From Pyrinomonadaceae bacterium (GTDB lineage: Bacteria > Acidobacteriota > Blastocatellia > Pyrinomonadales > Pyrinomonadaceae), in NCBI GenBank assembly GCA_036006355.1, contig DASYPT010000100.1:5724-69723 (forward strand): DNA of 64,000 nt. The letters run 5' to 3'. Positions within the stretch are counted from its first letter, which is position 1, and every line of letters starts with the position of its first letter. Below the pieces are notes generated by a model, which saw only the letters and a program-made list of their open reading frames with translations, did not search any database and had not been told where the DNA came from. The position numbers were made by a program, and so were the translations under genes. Positions 20,687 through 31,770 of this stretch are shown one piece after another.

Positions 20687-20850
20687 GAAAGGATGAAGGA
20701 TGAAGGCGGAAGGATGAAGGTTGAGCTTTGTACTTTGTACTGGTGCTTCGTACTTTGCGCTCCAGATTCCTCTTGCTCCCAAACTCAAAGCTCAAGGTAC
20801 AAAGTACAAAGCTCAACCTTCATCCTTCCGCCTTCATCCTTCATCCTTTC
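20687..20850. repeat. 164-bp palindrome (type I) with about 54-bp arms
   Basis: GAAAGGATGAAGGATGAAGGCGGAAGGATGAAGGTTGAGCTTTGTACTTTGTAC ... GTACAAAGTACAAAGCTCAACCTTCATCCTTCCGCCTTCATCCTTCATCCTTTC. Confidence 0.9.
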
Positions 20851-20919
20851 TTCGGTTTGCCTCCCCTTCCTGCGTCCAGTAAGATGCCGTTCTATTCAAC
20901 GCCTAACAGGACGAAATCA

Positions 20920-21984
20920 ATGATCAAAACTCTGGAATGGACAAAAGACGGGGTTCGTATGTTGGACCAGCGCCTTCTCCCGTCCGAAGAGAAATACCTG
21001 ATGCTGCGGTCTTACGATGAAGTGGCCGAAGCAATTCGAAAGATGGTAGTTCGGGGCGCACCCGCGATTGGTGTTTCTGCAGCAATGGGAATCGCATTAG
21101 GTGCCAATCAATCTGTCGGGACGTCCGTAGCCGATCTCGAAGACGACCTCAACTACATCTGCGATGTAATGGCTCATACCCGTCCAACCGCTGTCAATCT
21201 TTTTTGGGCTATTGAGAGAATGCGGACAGCGTTCGAACGAGCCAAATCACTTCGCGACGTTGAAGAAGTAAAAGCGGCTTTGGTGTCTGAAGCCTTGGCC
21301 ATCTTCGAAGAAGACATCGCCGCAAACCGTTCCATAGGTCAACACGGCGCCGATCTGATTCCAGACGGCGCAACTGTGCTTACACATTGTAATGCAGGCG
21401 CATTGGCAACTGCTGGCGACTACGGGACCGCGCTCGGCGTCATTCGAGGTGCTCGCGACGCTGGAAAGAAAGTAGCAGTGATTGCCGATGAAACCAGACC
21501 GTTCCTTCAGGGTTTACGGTTAACAGCGTGGGAACTGGCGAAGGACGAGATCCCCGTGACGGTCATAACCGACAACATGGCTGGTCATGTCATGAAGAGC
21601 GGTAAGGTTGATGCAGTGGTGGTAGGCGCCGATCGAATTGCGGCAAACGGTGATACGGCTAATAAGATTGGAACATACATGGTTGCCGTGCTTGCAAGGG
21701 AACACGGTATTCCATTCTACGTGGCAGCTCCACTGACCACGTTGGATCTATCCCTTTCATCCGGCGAGCAAATTCCAATCGAAGAACGAGATCCGATCGA
21801 AGTGACCCACATCAGAGATCAGCAAATAGCGCCTGATGGCATAAACGTTCACAACCCGGCATTCGACGTAACACCACATCATTTTATAACCGCGATTGTT
21901 ACTGATAAAGGCGTGGCAAGGCCGCCGTATGAAGAAAGTTTGAAAGCGCTAACTGAGATGGAGCACGCGCAATCTGCAGGTTAA
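20920..21984 (+). CDS. mtnA: S-methyl-5-thioribose-1-phosphate isomerase
   Basis: Start set at ATG 20920 ([21 protein letters not shown]); the longer track ORF runs through palindrome I. Contains [24 protein letters not shown] and [10 protein letters not shown]. Confidence 0.9.
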   Translation: MIKTLEWTKDGVRMLDQRLLPSEEKYLMLRSYDEVAEAIRKMVVRGAPAIGVSAAMGIALGANQSVGTSVADLEDDLNYICDVMAHTRPTAVNLFWAIERMRTAFERAKSLRDVEEVKAALVSEALAIFEEDIAANRSIGQHGADLIPDGATVLTHCNAGALATAGDYGTALGVIRGARDAGKKVAVIADETRPFLQGLRLTAWELAKDEIPVTVITDNMAGHVMKSGKVDAVVVGADRIAANGDTANKIGTYMVAVLAREHGIPFYVAAPLTTLDLSLSSGEQIPIEERDPIEVTHIRDQQIAPDGINVHNPAFDVTPHHFITAIVTDKGVARPPYEESLKALTEMEHAQSAG

Positions 21985-22940
21985 GTTGTCGCGTAACGAC
22001 TGGTCTTCCACCAGTCAATAGTCCTTCGGAGTCCTTCTCGCAATCCGACCGTTGGTTCATAGCCGAGTAATTCGCGAGCTCGTGTTGTGTCCGCGAGGCT
22101 GTGACGAACATCACCCACCCGCGGTTCACGATAGTCAACTGTTACCTGCGGTTTTCCAATTAGATCTTTTAGTTCGGCAAGCAACTTGTTCAGTGTGATT
22201 CGTTCGCCTGTGGCAACGTTGATTACGTTGCCAACGCCTTTCGTCGTCGTTGCAGCCTTGAGATTCGCAGCCACGACATTATCGATGTAAGTAAAATCAC
22301 GCGACTGTTCGCCATCTCCGAAGATTACTGGCTGCTCGTCAGAACAGAGCGCACTGATAAATCTCGATACAACACCCGAATACTGTGATCCCGGATCTTG
22401 CCGCGGGCCAAACACATTGAAATATCGGAGTGAAACCGTTTCCAAACCGTAAACACGCGTAAAAACCTGGCAATAGTATTCGCCAACGAGTTTCGCAACG
22501 GCGTAAGGAGAGAGCGGATCCGGAGCCATACCTTCCACTTTCGGCAGCGTCGGCTGGTCGCCATATGCCGAACTGGATGCCGCGTACACAACACGTCTTA
22601 CGTTTTGTTGACGTGCGGCCTGCAGCAGATGAAAGGTTCCATCAACTGAGGCGATATGCGATTGTTCAGGGTTCTCCACGGAACGCGGAACTGAGGGTAT
22701 GGCGGCCTCGTGAAAGACAACCTCAGTGTCCTTGAGTGCGCGGTTAATCAATTCAAAATCTGCCACGCTGCCTTCGATGAACTCGATGTCTCCCGAAAGC
22801 TCCTCCACATTTTCACGGTGACCCGTCGACAAGTCATCGATGATCCGCACCTTGGCACCGCTTGCTGCAGCAGTTTCTGCGATGTGGGAACCAATGAACC
22901 CAGCGCCACCTGTGACAACTACAACTCCAGATAATGACAT
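21981..22940 (-). CDS. NAD-dependent nucleotide-sugar epimerase (extended SDR)
   Basis: Contains [18 protein letters not shown] and [11 protein letters not shown] (YxxxK). It lies next to ugd. Confidence 0.85.
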   Translation of the reverse strand: MSLSGVVVVTGGAGFIGSHIAETAAASGAKVRIIDDLSTGHRENVEELSGDIEFIEGSVADFELINRALKDTEVVFHEAAIPSVPRSVENPEQSHIASVDGTFHLLQAARQQNVRRVVYAASSSAYGDQPTLPKVEGMAPDPLSPYAVAKLVGEYYCQVFTRVYGLETVSLRYFNVFGPRQDPGSQYSGVVSRFISALCSDEQPVIFGDGEQSRDFTYIDNVVAANLKAATTTKGVGNVINVATGERITLNKLLAELKDLIGKPQVTVDYREPRVGDVRHSLADTTRARELLGYEPTVGLREGLRRTIDWWKTSRYATT

Positions 22941-22962
22941 TAGCCTTATTAGTTGGTCGAGA

Positions 22963-24261
22963 CTACCGACCCACGCCTACATATTCAAAACCTATTTCGC
23001 GCATGTCTTCGGGATCACAAATGTTTCTGAGGTCGGCGATTCGCGGGGTCGCCATCAGCTGGTGAATGCGACGCATATCAAGTGCCCTGAACTGGTTCCA
23101 TTCAGTCACAAAAATCAAGGCCTCTGCGCCGTTCACAGCATCGTACTCGTCGTCAGCATAAGAAACTTCGGAAAGTATTTTCTTCGCTTCCGATTTTGCT
23201 ACGGGGTCGTAGGCTTGAACCAGGGCACCATCGGCGAGAAGTCCTCGGATAATCCCGACCGATGGCGCTTCACGCATATCGTCAGTCTCAGGTTTGAATG
23301 CGAGTCCAAGTACCGCGATCTTTTTATCCTTCAAGTCGCCCACCAGCTTGCGAATCTTCACCAGCATCTCTTTACCCTGGCGCTTATTCACTTCTATGAC
23401 AGCATCGACGATTAAAGAGTCGGAACCGAACTGACGCGCGACACTGGATAATGCTCGAGTGTCTTTTGGAAAGCATGAACCACCAAATCCCGGGCCAGGG
23501 TGTAAAAACTTACTGCCGATCCTTTTGTCCATGCCAATACCACGTGCAACATCGTGGACGTCGCAACCGATTCTCTCGCAAAGATTGGCGATCTCGTTAA
23601 TGAAGGAGACCTTCGTAGCAAGAAATGCATTTGCAGCATACTTCGTGAGTTCAGCTGCCTCGAGAGAAGTAATCACAAACGGAGCTTCGATCAAGTAAAG
23701 CGGGCGATAAAGATCCTTCATGATAGCGATCGCTTCTTGATCACGACTACCTATCACCACACGATCGGGCCGCATGAAGTCGTTGATGGCAGCACCTTCA
23801 CGTAAAAATTCCGGGTTCGAAACGACACCAAAATTTGCCCGACTCTTTTTGCGTTCGTTCACCAATCTACGAATATGTTCACCAGTACCAATTGGCACAG
23901 TAGATTTTGTAACGATGACCTTGTAATCCTGAAGATGATCTGCGATGGAGGCCGCCGCAGCTTCGACGAAACTTAGATCAGGTGAGCCATCGTCTTTGGG
24001 CGGTGTACCGACAGCAAGAAAGATAACTAGAGCCTGTTCTACAGCCTCGCCCACGTCTGTGGTGAACCTTAGACGGCCTGACTGCACGTTCTTGGCTACG
24101 AGTTGCTCGAGACCTGGCTCGTAGATCGGCATCACGCCATTCCTGAGTCGTTCAATTTTCTGCTCATCGACGTCAACACAGGTGACGTCGACTCCAAATT
24201 CGGCAAAACAAGCGCCTGTAACCAGACCGACGTAACCAGTGCCGATAACCGCTATATGCAT
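22963..24261 (-). CDS. ugd: UDP-glucose 6-dehydrogenase
   Basis: MHIAVIGTGYVGLVTGACFAEFG and the GFGGSCFPKD catalytic-Cys motif. Confidence 0.92.
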   Translation of the reverse strand: MHIAVIGTGYVGLVTGACFAEFGVDVTCVDVDEQKIERLRNGVMPIYEPGLEQLVAKNVQSGRLRFTTDVGEAVEQALVIFLAVGTPPKDDGSPDLSFVEAAAASIADHLQDYKVIVTKSTVPIGTGEHIRRLVNERKKSRANFGVVSNPEFLREGAAINDFMRPDRVVIGSRDQEAIAIMKDLYRPLYLIEAPFVITSLEAAELTKYAANAFLATKVSFINEIANLCERIGCDVHDVARGIGMDKRIGSKFLHPGPGFGGSCFPKDTRALSSVARQFGSDSLIVDAVIEVNKRQGKEMLVKIRKLVGDLKDKKIAVLGLAFKPETDDMREAPSVGIIRGLLADGALVQAYDPVAKSEAKKILSEVSYADDEYDAVNGAEALIFVTEWNQFRALDMRRIHQLMATPRIADLRNICDPEDMREIGFEYVGVGR

Positions 24262-24413
24262 TTTGAATCTATTGAAACGCCTTTGGGGTGGACTTTAAAT
24301 CAAAATTTTGCGGGTCGCGCGATTTCGATCGCGTGACCCGCAAACGTCAGTTAGTACGCTGTAGCGCTGAGGTCAGTGCTACAGTTTTGTTGGAATGATC
24401 CAATCTCTCGAAA

Positions 24414-25106
24414 CTACTTCGTCGGGCTTACTACTGTAACGGACCCACCGAAGTTCAGGTCGTTGTTGTGGAATGCGGCGTAAAGAACACCGGCAACTGC
24501 TCCACCGACTGCGAGCAACAACACCGCCAAAGCACCACCACTGAGACCATCATCGTCGTCATCACCCTGAGGGCTCGGCATTCCGGCCATTCCACTTTCA
24601 CCAGCGGCAATCTGCTTCACAGAACCGCCGGATCGGAGCTGGGCCAGACCCGTTTCAGTCGAGACTGATGTTCGACCGTGCGACGCATTCACAGTAAACG
24701 CCGTGGCTTGACTACCATCCACCACCACAGTTCCGTCTTTTGTGGTCAAGTTTACGGTGATTCCATTAAGTGTGGAAACGTGAGCGCTGCCAGTCTCGAG
24801 CATTCCGTTGATGCTCTTGTCTGTGAAGGTCAGGCGAAGATTGCTATTGGGAGCGAGATCGATCCGGCCCAATTTGTTGATGCTGACCGATGCGCTGCTA
24901 TCTTTTGCGGTGCTAATCGCTGAGTCGGAGAACAAGGTGCCGCCAGAAATCACTTTCTGTCCGTTCACGGTAACCTCACCAGTTACCGACAACTCGCCGG
25001 ATGCTCTGGCGCCCGGCGCGGCCAACACAATCATTGAGTAAACACTCAAAACGGCAACCGCTACAAAGAGCGCGATGAACTTGCGGCTCCAAGTTTTGCT
25101 AGTCAT
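24414..25106 (-). CDS. exported protein with an acidic stretch and a C-terminal TM anchor
   Basis: It has a signal peptide, an S/T/V-rich beta-like body, then GDDDDDGLSGGALAVLLLAVGGAVAGVLYAAF. I recognise no family. Confidence 0.5.
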   Translation of the reverse strand: MTSKTWSRKFIALFVAVAVLSVYSMIVLAAPGARASGELSVTGEVTVNGQKVISGGTLFSDSAISTAKDSSASVSINKLGRIDLAPNSNLRLTFTDKSINGMLETGSAHVSTLNGITVNLTTKDGTVVVDGSQATAFTVNASHGRTSVSTETGLAQLRSGGSVKQIAAGESGMAGMPSPQGDDDDDGLSGGALAVLLLAVGGAVAGVLYAAFHNNDLNFGGSVTVVSPTK

Positions 25107-25426
25107 TAACTTTCCTCCCGTATAGTGAAAAACAAAAAAGTCTTTATTGCTGTCGCAACGCGAAACTGTCGTGAGAAACTAAGGCGCAGAACCAAATCCC
25201 GTTACAACTGCTCGCGACCTTCAAAAGTTGGTGCATTTGTGGTCCGCAAAGCCCGCTAACACTTGGCATTTATTACACTAATAGCAGCCCGGTGTCAACA
25301 AACATTTGGGCCGAGTTTGCCACGAAACTGTGCTTTTTTCGGCTGGTTGAGAAGATACCATCGGACAATCTACACGTCTGGATATTCTGAGGGTCACAAA
25401 ACATTGCTTTGGTTTGACACCGGAGC

Positions 25427-25966
25427 TTACGGAACTACGCGCCGACTTCTACTGAGCGCTTTTGGACCGCCATCGGAAACATTGGGTTTACTTTCCGACG
25501 GGCCCTTCTCAGTCAGGTCCGCTTGCTCATAGGGATCCAATCTTGCAAAAACATAGAAGATTTCGCTTGAACGGACCGTCCCAAGGAACCGAAATGTATT
25601 TCTTATCACCTCGCCGGATTTAAAATTGGGCGGTGGTGTAGGTCGACCGAATAGTAACCCAAATTCATCGGCCGTCACCGCCTCCAACTCCGGTAGGTAA
25701 TCATTTTGGGTTTCCCGGGCCAAACGAACCGCGATTTGCCTGAGAGCTCTGATTCGATTGGAGTTGCGGCGATAATAACCAGGGCTGATTTCGCGGCGGC
25801 TTACCCTGTCATCTACAACCTCTTGCTCGTTTTTTAGATATCCCAGGTAGGCGCGGACGACCGGACCAAAATCGTCTTCTGAATATCTCGTCTGGCCGAT
25901 CGTAAATGGCGGACAAATAATCAGGAGAAAGAGACCGAAAAAGAGTTGTGCCCTCGAGAATGGCAT
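25427..25966 (-). CDS. hypothetical exported protein
   Basis: Start moved to ATG 25966 (MPFSRAQLFFGLFLLIICPPF). The longer form would overlap the divergent coaBC start. Confidence 0.45.
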   Translation of the reverse strand: MPFSRAQLFFGLFLLIICPPFTIGQTRYSEDDFGPVVRAYLGYLKNEQEVVDDRVSRREISPGYYRRNSNRIRALRQIAVRLARETQNDYLPELEAVTADEFGLLFGRPTPPPNFKSGEVIRNTFRFLGTVRSSEIFYVFARLDPYEQADLTEKGPSESKPNVSDGGPKALSRSRRVVP

Positions 25967-26093
25967 CAAATAGCGTTGCCGCCTTCTGTGATAATTTTCT
26001 TGTGAAGTCGCATTATAAAACGTTTGCGAGACACAAAATTGCGCGTGTCTTTCAGCAATGTTACATTGATCTTCAATTTCAGTGAATGCATCA

Positions 26094-27353
26094 ATGACTT
26101 CGGTCGATCTCACAGGTATCCCGACTCAAAACAGAGTTGCGCTCGGTGTTTCGGGAGGCATCGCCGCTTATAAGGCGGTGGAAATCCTCCGAGGGCTGCA
26201 ACGAGCCGGTTGCTCAGTCCGCGTGGCAATGACACAACGCGCGTGCGAATTTGTTCGACCTCTTACTTTCCGTGCACTCTCGGGTTCGCACGTGGTCGTT
26301 GACGATTATGCGCCTGATAATCCCGATCCAATTGCGCATATCACATTTTCTCAAACGGTAGACCTGCTTCTCGTCGCCCCTGCCACCGCAAATATTATCG
26401 CTAAGTTTGCTCATGGAATTGCCGATGATTTTCTGACCTCGACCTATCTCGCGTGCACTTCGCCAATCCTGGTAGCGCCGGCTATGAACACGACGATGTG
26501 GGAGCATCCCGCAACTCAACGCAATGTCGAACGATTGCGAAAGGATGGAATTTACTTTGTCGAACCAGACGCGGGCGAAATGGCTTGCGGCACAATCGGT
26601 CCTGGCCGTTTGAGCGATCCCGAACGCGTGGTGAGCGCCGCCTTGGAAATTTTGCGGAACAACAAAAGGAAAGATTTAGCTGGCGAACGTCTTCTTATCA
26701 CAGTCGGCGCAACCCGTGAAGAGATCGATCCCGTCCGTTTCATTTCAAACCGCTCATCCGGAAAAATGGGGTTTGCGATCGTTGAAGCAGCTCGACGAAG
26801 AGGAGCAACGGTGACGGCAATCGCCGGCGCGACCACAGTCGATTCGCCGCCCGGCGTAGATACGATTCGAGTGAATTCGGCGATGGAAATGGCGGAGGCA
26901 GTACGACGCGAGATCGCCAATGCAACGATATTTATCGGGGCAGCTGCCGTTGCCGATTACCGGCCGGCTGAACGGGCCAATCAAAAGATAAAGAAGAACA
27001 CCGAATCTCTGACGATCAATTTGGAACGCACTGAAGACATCCTGTCCGCTGTCGCCGCTAATCGACACGAAGGAATGCTGGTTGTCGGCTTCGCGGCGGA
27101 GTCTGAAAATCTTTTAGAGAATGCCAGAAACAAATTGCGAACCAAACAAGTTGATGTCATCGTCGCTAATGATATTTCCGAACGCAACGTCGGATTCGAT
27201 TTCGACACTAATGCGGTTACAATCCTCAGTCGCAATAACTACAATCACGTTCAACTGCCGCTGATGACAAAGCAGGAAATCGCGGATCAAATACTTGACG
27301 TAATCGTGAAACTCAGATCTGAAACAGCCACAACCAAAGCTTCGTCAACTTAA
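26094..27353 (+). CDS. coaBC: bifunctional phosphopantothenoylcysteine decarboxylase / phosphopantothenate-cysteine ligase
   Basis: GVSGGIAAYK and PAMNTTMWEHPATQ, plus a C-terminal CoaB domain. The start is ATG 26094 or GTG 26082. Confidence 0.92.
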   Translation: MTSVDLTGIPTQNRVALGVSGGIAAYKAVEILRGLQRAGCSVRVAMTQRACEFVRPLTFRALSGSHVVVDDYAPDNPDPIAHITFSQTVDLLLVAPATANIIAKFAHGIADDFLTSTYLACTSPILVAPAMNTTMWEHPATQRNVERLRKDGIYFVEPDAGEMACGTIGPGRLSDPERVVSAALEILRNNKRKDLAGERLLITVGATREEIDPVRFISNRSSGKMGFAIVEAARRRGATVTAIAGATTVDSPPGVDTIRVNSAMEMAEAVRREIANATIFIGAAAVADYRPAERANQKIKKNTESLTINLERTEDILSAVAANRHEGMLVVGFAAESENLLENARNKLRTKQVDVIVANDISERNVGFDFDTNAVTILSRNNYNHVQLPLMTKQEIADQILDVIVKLRSETATTKASST

Positions 27354-27354
27354 A

Positions 27355-28137
27355 ATGGACTCCTCAGAGTTATTAGAACTCGTAAAAGAAACAAAGAAGC
27401 AACTACTTCATTTGCAGACGCTAGGTGTCGAAGGCGTCCAACTTTCGCAGGAACCCCTACCGAGGTCAACTGCCGCCAGTCCCGTGTTTCAACCACCAAC
27501 ACCTAAAGGTTTGCAAACTGAACGGGTGAGCTTGTTTGGCGATCTCGCGCCTCAAGCGGAGAAACTCGCATCGTCTCTGGAGACGTTTGAGGAGATTCAT
27601 AACGAAATCGGTGATTGCACACGGTGTCCATTACATCGCGAAAGAACAACTGTCGTTCACACTGAAGGAAACAAAAAGGCGCGTCTCATGTTTGTCGGCG
27701 AGGCTCCCGGCGCGGACGAAGACATCCAGGCCAGACCATTTGTCGGTCGCGCGGGTCAGCTGCTGACGAAAATCATCGAAGCTATTGGTTTGAAACGAGA
27801 GGAAGTGTTGATTGGAAATGTAAATCGCTGTCGACCGCCAGGGAATCGCCCACCAACGCCTGAAGAAGCTTCAATGTGTAAACCGTTTTTGCTTCGCGAA
27901 ATTGCGATCGTTCAACCCGAAGTCATTGTTGTGCTGGGCAACACTGCGATGAAGAATCTTTTAGATACCAGAGAAGGAATAACTAAACTGCGGGGCACCT
28001 TCCAGGAGTACAAAGGGATCAAAGTGATGCCAACTTTTCATCCGGCTTATCTGCTGCGAGATCCTTCGAAGAAACGCGAGACTTGGGAAGATTTGAAAAA
28101 AGTGCGCGATTACCTCGACAGCACCGCTCAACATTGA
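27355..28137 (+). CDS. uracil-DNA glycosylase, family 4
   Basis: CTRCPLH...GEAPGADED...FVGRAGQLL motifs, with an N-terminal extension of about 85 aa. Confidence 0.85.
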   Translation: MDSSELLELVKETKKQLLHLQTLGVEGVQLSQEPLPRSTAASPVFQPPTPKGLQTERVSLFGDLAPQAEKLASSLETFEEIHNEIGDCTRCPLHRERTTVVHTEGNKKARLMFVGEAPGADEDIQARPFVGRAGQLLTKIIEAIGLKREEVLIGNVNRCRPPGNRPPTPEEASMCKPFLLREIAIVQPEVIVVLGNTAMKNLLDTREGITKLRGTFQEYKGIKVMPTFHPAYLLRDPSKKRETWEDLKKVRDYLDSTAQH

Positions 28138-28179
28138 TAACAGTCCAGAGGCTGTCGCACTAAAAGAATTTGCGTTAAC

Positions 28180-30681
28180 TTGTCGTACGTGAACAATCAC
28201 CTCGGAACTGCAGCATCAACGACGCTCAAACCCAGTTCATCTCGTTACGTTGAAGTCGCTGTTCCTCTCCACGTTTCGAAAACATTCATCTATAGATTTA
28301 GTAGCGAAGAGGCGACGCCACAGATCGGCGTTCGTATTCTTGTACCACTGGGTCGCAAGCTCGTCACTGGATACGTGGTGGCGTTTTATGAAGCTTTACC
28401 GCCCCACTTTGCATCAAGTGAATCTGAACTTAAGGATGCTGGAAATGTCATCGACTCCGTTCCTGTCTGTACCTCCCAGATTCTCGACTTGACGCGCTGG
28501 GTTTCGGACTATTACGCATCGCCCTGGGGTGAAGTGATCAAGGGAGCGTTGCCGCCGGGCATAAGTCCGGCGATTCACGAGTTTGTTTCGCTTACAGAAG
28601 AGGGCAGAACTCAGGAGCACACCGATGAAGTGAGCTTGACTGCAAAGCTTCTCAATCACCTCAGCACGACCAGCCAACCAACAAGACGAGATTCCTTAAG
28701 CCATTTTGCATCCATGACGCAGGTCAGCCGTACCCTGCATGAGATGGAGAATGAAGGACTAATTGAGCGCACTCAAACACAAAGCAATTCCTTCGTTAAA
28801 ACCAAACAAATGCGATTCGTCCGCTTGCTTCCGGAAAGCCTCACGCGCGACAACAAACTGACATCGGCCCAGGAACGTGTGATTGCCAGTCTCAAGCGCC
28901 AAGTGCAAAAAGTTCCACTGCAAGTTGTTTTGAAGGAAGCACAGGTAAGCGCGGCGACAGTGATCACTATGGAGAAGAAAGGCATCGTTTCCATCAACAC
29001 TGAGGTAGTCAGGCGAGATCCGTTTTATGATGCGCAATCGCAAGCACCTTCAAACTACACGCTGACTGCGGCACAAAGTTCAGTACTAACCGAGATCGAA
29101 TCAGCAATTCAGAACGGAACTTATTCAGCGTTCCTGCTACATGGCGTAACTGGCAGCGGCAAGACAGAGATTTACATTCGTGCAATGCGAACCGCACTCA
29201 GTCAAGGCAAGTCTGCGATGATGCTGGTGCCGGAGATTGCATTGACCCCCGTCTTTTCACGGCGGCTAAGAGAACATTTCGGCGAGAACGTTGCCATCTT
29301 TCATTCTTCCCTGAAGCGAGGCGAACGTTTTGATGAATGGAGTCGTGTAAAAGCAGGCGAAGCTCGGGTCGTCATCGGCACTCGTTCGGCCGTATTTGCA
29401 CCGGTGAAGGATCTAGGCCTCATCGTTGTAGATGAGGAACACGAGTCGAGTTACCGGCAACAGGATTCGCCGTACTACAACGGCCGAGATACAGCAATCG
29501 TGCGCGCTCAGAAGGAATCGGCCGTGGTCGTTTTGGGTTCCGCCACTCCTTCGCTCGAATCGTTCCACAACTCGAAAAATGGAAAGTACAGATATCTGAG
29601 TCTGCCCGAGCGAATTGGCGGAAGACCTATGGCTGACGCTGCCATCGTTGACATGCGCAATGTCTTCGCACGACACGGTAAGCAAGGAGTGTTTTCAGAT
29701 GAACTACTTGAAGCGATCAAGGAGACTCAAGATCGCAAAGAGCAATCCATTATCCTGCTCAATCGCCGGGGCTACTCGAGCTTCGTTCTTTGCCGGTCGT
29801 GTGGTGAAACGGTTCAGTGCAAAAACTGCGACGTCACGCTTACCTATCACCGGTCCGAACGGGTCATGATTTGCCACTATTGCAACTATCGTGAGGCTGT
29901 ACCTTCTGTATGCCGTCACTGTGGCAAGGACTACATTCATTATGTTGGTGAGGGTACTGAACAACTCGAGGAGCTGTTAAAGAAGGCTTTCCCGACTTTA
30001 CGTGTTGCCAGGATCGACAAAGACACAACATCGAATCGACGACGGTTCGAAAAGATCCTTCAAGACTTCAGCGATGGAGATTTGGATGCACTTGTTGGGA
30101 CTCAGATGCTGGCAAAAGGGCACGACTTTCCAAATGTGACTCTTGTGGGCGTTGTAAGCGTTGACGCGGGTTTAGCACTAGCTGACTTTCGAGCTTCTGA
30201 ACGAACGTTTCAGTTAATAACCCAGGTCGCTGGACGCGCTGGTCGTGGCGATCGGCCAGGCCGTGTCTTGATCCAAACATACCATCCGAACCACTACGCA
30301 TTACGACATGCATGCGCTCAGGACTACGAAGCGTTTTATGAAGAGGAAATTCGTTATCGCCAGAATCATTCTTACCCGCCATTCATTGCACTCGCTAGCT
30401 TTCTTGTTCACGGTCCCGATCTTAGCAAGGTTCGGAATGACGCACTTGAACTTCGCAAGCATTTAGACCTGGCAAATCAGGATCGGACTTCGCGAATTCT
30501 GGGTCCGGCTCCAGCTCCACTTGCGCGTCTAAAAGGCGAGCATCGATTTCAGTTGCTGATCAAGTCCAGGAGCCGGCGTCGATTGCGTGAAGTAGCAGAT
30601 GCGGCGTTGAGAGCTGCAGCCGAGAGCAGGACAAACCTGCGGTCCATAAACCTTGAAATTGATCCCGTCTCGTTGATGTAG
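28180..30681 (+). CDS. priA: primosomal protein N' (replication restart helicase)
   Basis: GVTGSGKTEIY, DEEHE, and the Cys-rich zinc region CRSCGETVQCKNCDVTLTYHR...CHYCNY. TTG start. Confidence 0.92.
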   Translation: MSYVNNHLGTAASTTLKPSSSRYVEVAVPLHVSKTFIYRFSSEEATPQIGVRILVPLGRKLVTGYVVAFYEALPPHFASSESELKDAGNVIDSVPVCTSQILDLTRWVSDYYASPWGEVIKGALPPGISPAIHEFVSLTEEGRTQEHTDEVSLTAKLLNHLSTTSQPTRRDSLSHFASMTQVSRTLHEMENEGLIERTQTQSNSFVKTKQMRFVRLLPESLTRDNKLTSAQERVIASLKRQVQKVPLQVVLKEAQVSAATVITMEKKGIVSINTEVVRRDPFYDAQSQAPSNYTLTAAQSSVLTEIESAIQNGTYSAFLLHGVTGSGKTEIYIRAMRTALSQGKSAMMLVPEIALTPVFSRRLREHFGENVAIFHSSLKRGERFDEWSRVKAGEARVVIGTRSAVFAPVKDLGLIVVDEEHESSYRQQDSPYYNGRDTAIVRAQKESAVVVLGSATPSLESFHNSKNGKYRYLSLPERIGGRPMADAAIVDMRNVFARHGKQGVFSDELLEAIKETQDRKEQSIILLNRRGYSSFVLCRSCGETVQCKNCDVTLTYHRSERVMICHYCNYREAVPSVCRHCGKDYIHYVGEGTEQLEELLKKAFPTLRVARIDKDTTSNRRRFEKILQDFSDGDLDALVGTQMLAKGHDFPNVTLVGVVSVDAGLALADFRASERTFQLITQVAGRAGRGDRPGRVLIQTYHPNHYALRHACAQDYEAFYEEEIRYRQNHSYPPFIALASFLVHGPDLSKVRNDALELRKHLDLANQDRTSRILGPAPAPLARLKGEHRFQLLIKSRSRRRLREVADAALRAAAESRTNLRSINLEIDPVSLM

Positions 30682-30716
30682 TGCGCGTGCAGTTTTGATG
30701 CGTTACACTCCGCCGC

Positions 30717-31745
30717 ATGAAACTGTCAGAACTGGCCGAAAAAACCGGGGCTAGAGTTGAAGGCGAAAATGTCGAGATCACCGGTGCCTCCGGTCTCGAT
30801 GAAGCACGAGAAGGACACGTAACATTCCTCTCGAATCCTCGATACACGACGAGAGTAAAGACAACAACGGCGTCTGCGATCTATCTCGCGGAAGACGTAA
30901 AGACTGATCGTCAGATTTCGATTTTGCGGGTCAAAGATCCATATCTTGCCTACACGCGTGCGCTTCGAATTTTTTATCCTGAGAAACCTATCACACCGAT
31001 TATCGACCCGTCTGCGGTCATTGATCCCTCAGCAGTCATTGCAAAACATGTCCAAATCGGGGCTTGTGTTGTCATTGGTAAGAACGTTCATATCGCCGAT
31101 GGGGTCTGCTTATTTCCGAACGTCACGATCTATGACGATGTCACGATCGGCAAAGATTGTGTGATCCACTCTGGCGTCGCGATACGTGAACGAACCGAGA
31201 TTGGTGAGCGAGTTGTGATCTACAACAATGCGGTGATTGGTTGCGACGGATTTGGTTACGCGAAAGACGAAGAGCGACACTGGCTGAAGATTCCACAAGC
31301 TGGTCGCGTCGTCCTGGAAGATGACGTCGAAGTGGGCGCGGGAACGACGATCGATCGTGCATCAACTGGTGAAAGTCGAATAGGCCGCGGCTCGAAGTTG
31401 GATAACCTGGTGCAAATCGGCCATTCATGCACGGTTGGAGAAGATTCACTGCTCTGTGCCCAGGTTGGATTAGCAGGCAGTTCACATATTGGTAGTCGTG
31501 TCATCCTTGCAGGACAGGCCGGTGTTGCTGGACACCTCACGATTGGTGACGATGTCGTGTTGACTGCAAAGAGTGCTACAAGTCACGACATCCCACCAGG
31601 GAAAGTAATCTCGGGAATTCCTGCGTTCGATAATCGAGACTGGTTGCGATCAGTGGCGGCGTTCCGGCGTCTTGGAGAAATGCAACGAACTGTCAGGGAG
31701 CTTGAGAAGCGGATAAAGGAGTTGGAGGAAAAAACTTCCAAATAG
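30717..31745 (+). CDS. lpxD: UDP-3-O-acylglucosamine N-acyltransferase
   Basis: 342 aa with a left-handed beta-helix of hexapeptide repeats. The N-terminus is LpxD-type. Confidence 0.9.
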   Translation: MKLSELAEKTGARVEGENVEITGASGLDEAREGHVTFLSNPRYTTRVKTTTASAIYLAEDVKTDRQISILRVKDPYLAYTRALRIFYPEKPITPIIDPSAVIDPSAVIAKHVQIGACVVIGKNVHIADGVCLFPNVTIYDDVTIGKDCVIHSGVAIRERTEIGERVVIYNNAVIGCDGFGYAKDEERHWLKIPQAGRVVLEDDVEVGAGTTIDRASTGESRIGRGSKLDNLVQIGHSCTVGEDSLLCAQVGLAGSSHIGSRVILAGQAGVAGHLTIGDDVVLTAKSATSHDIPPGKVISGIPAFDNRDWLRSVAAFRRLGEMQRTVRELEKRIKELEEKTSK

Positions 31746-31770
31746 GGACGCCTTCAACCAATCCAAAAAT

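Noticed and set aside
21981-21984. Convergent mtnA and the epimerase gene share overlapping stop codons (TTAA).
   Set aside because: This is real but merely reflects compact packing. I infer no functional implication.
24301-24345. A hairpin GCGGGTCGCGCGATTTCGATCGCGTGACCCGC after gene 24414..25106, considered as an intrinsic terminator.
   Set aside because: On the relevant (minus) strand the stem is followed by AAAATTTT rather than a clean U-tract. It is plausible but too weak to list as a feature.
31003-31040. An apparent tandem duplication IIDPSAVIDPSAVI in lpxD.
   Set aside because: It is consistent with the normal hexapeptide-repeat periodicity at the start of the LpxD beta-helix. It is not an anomaly.
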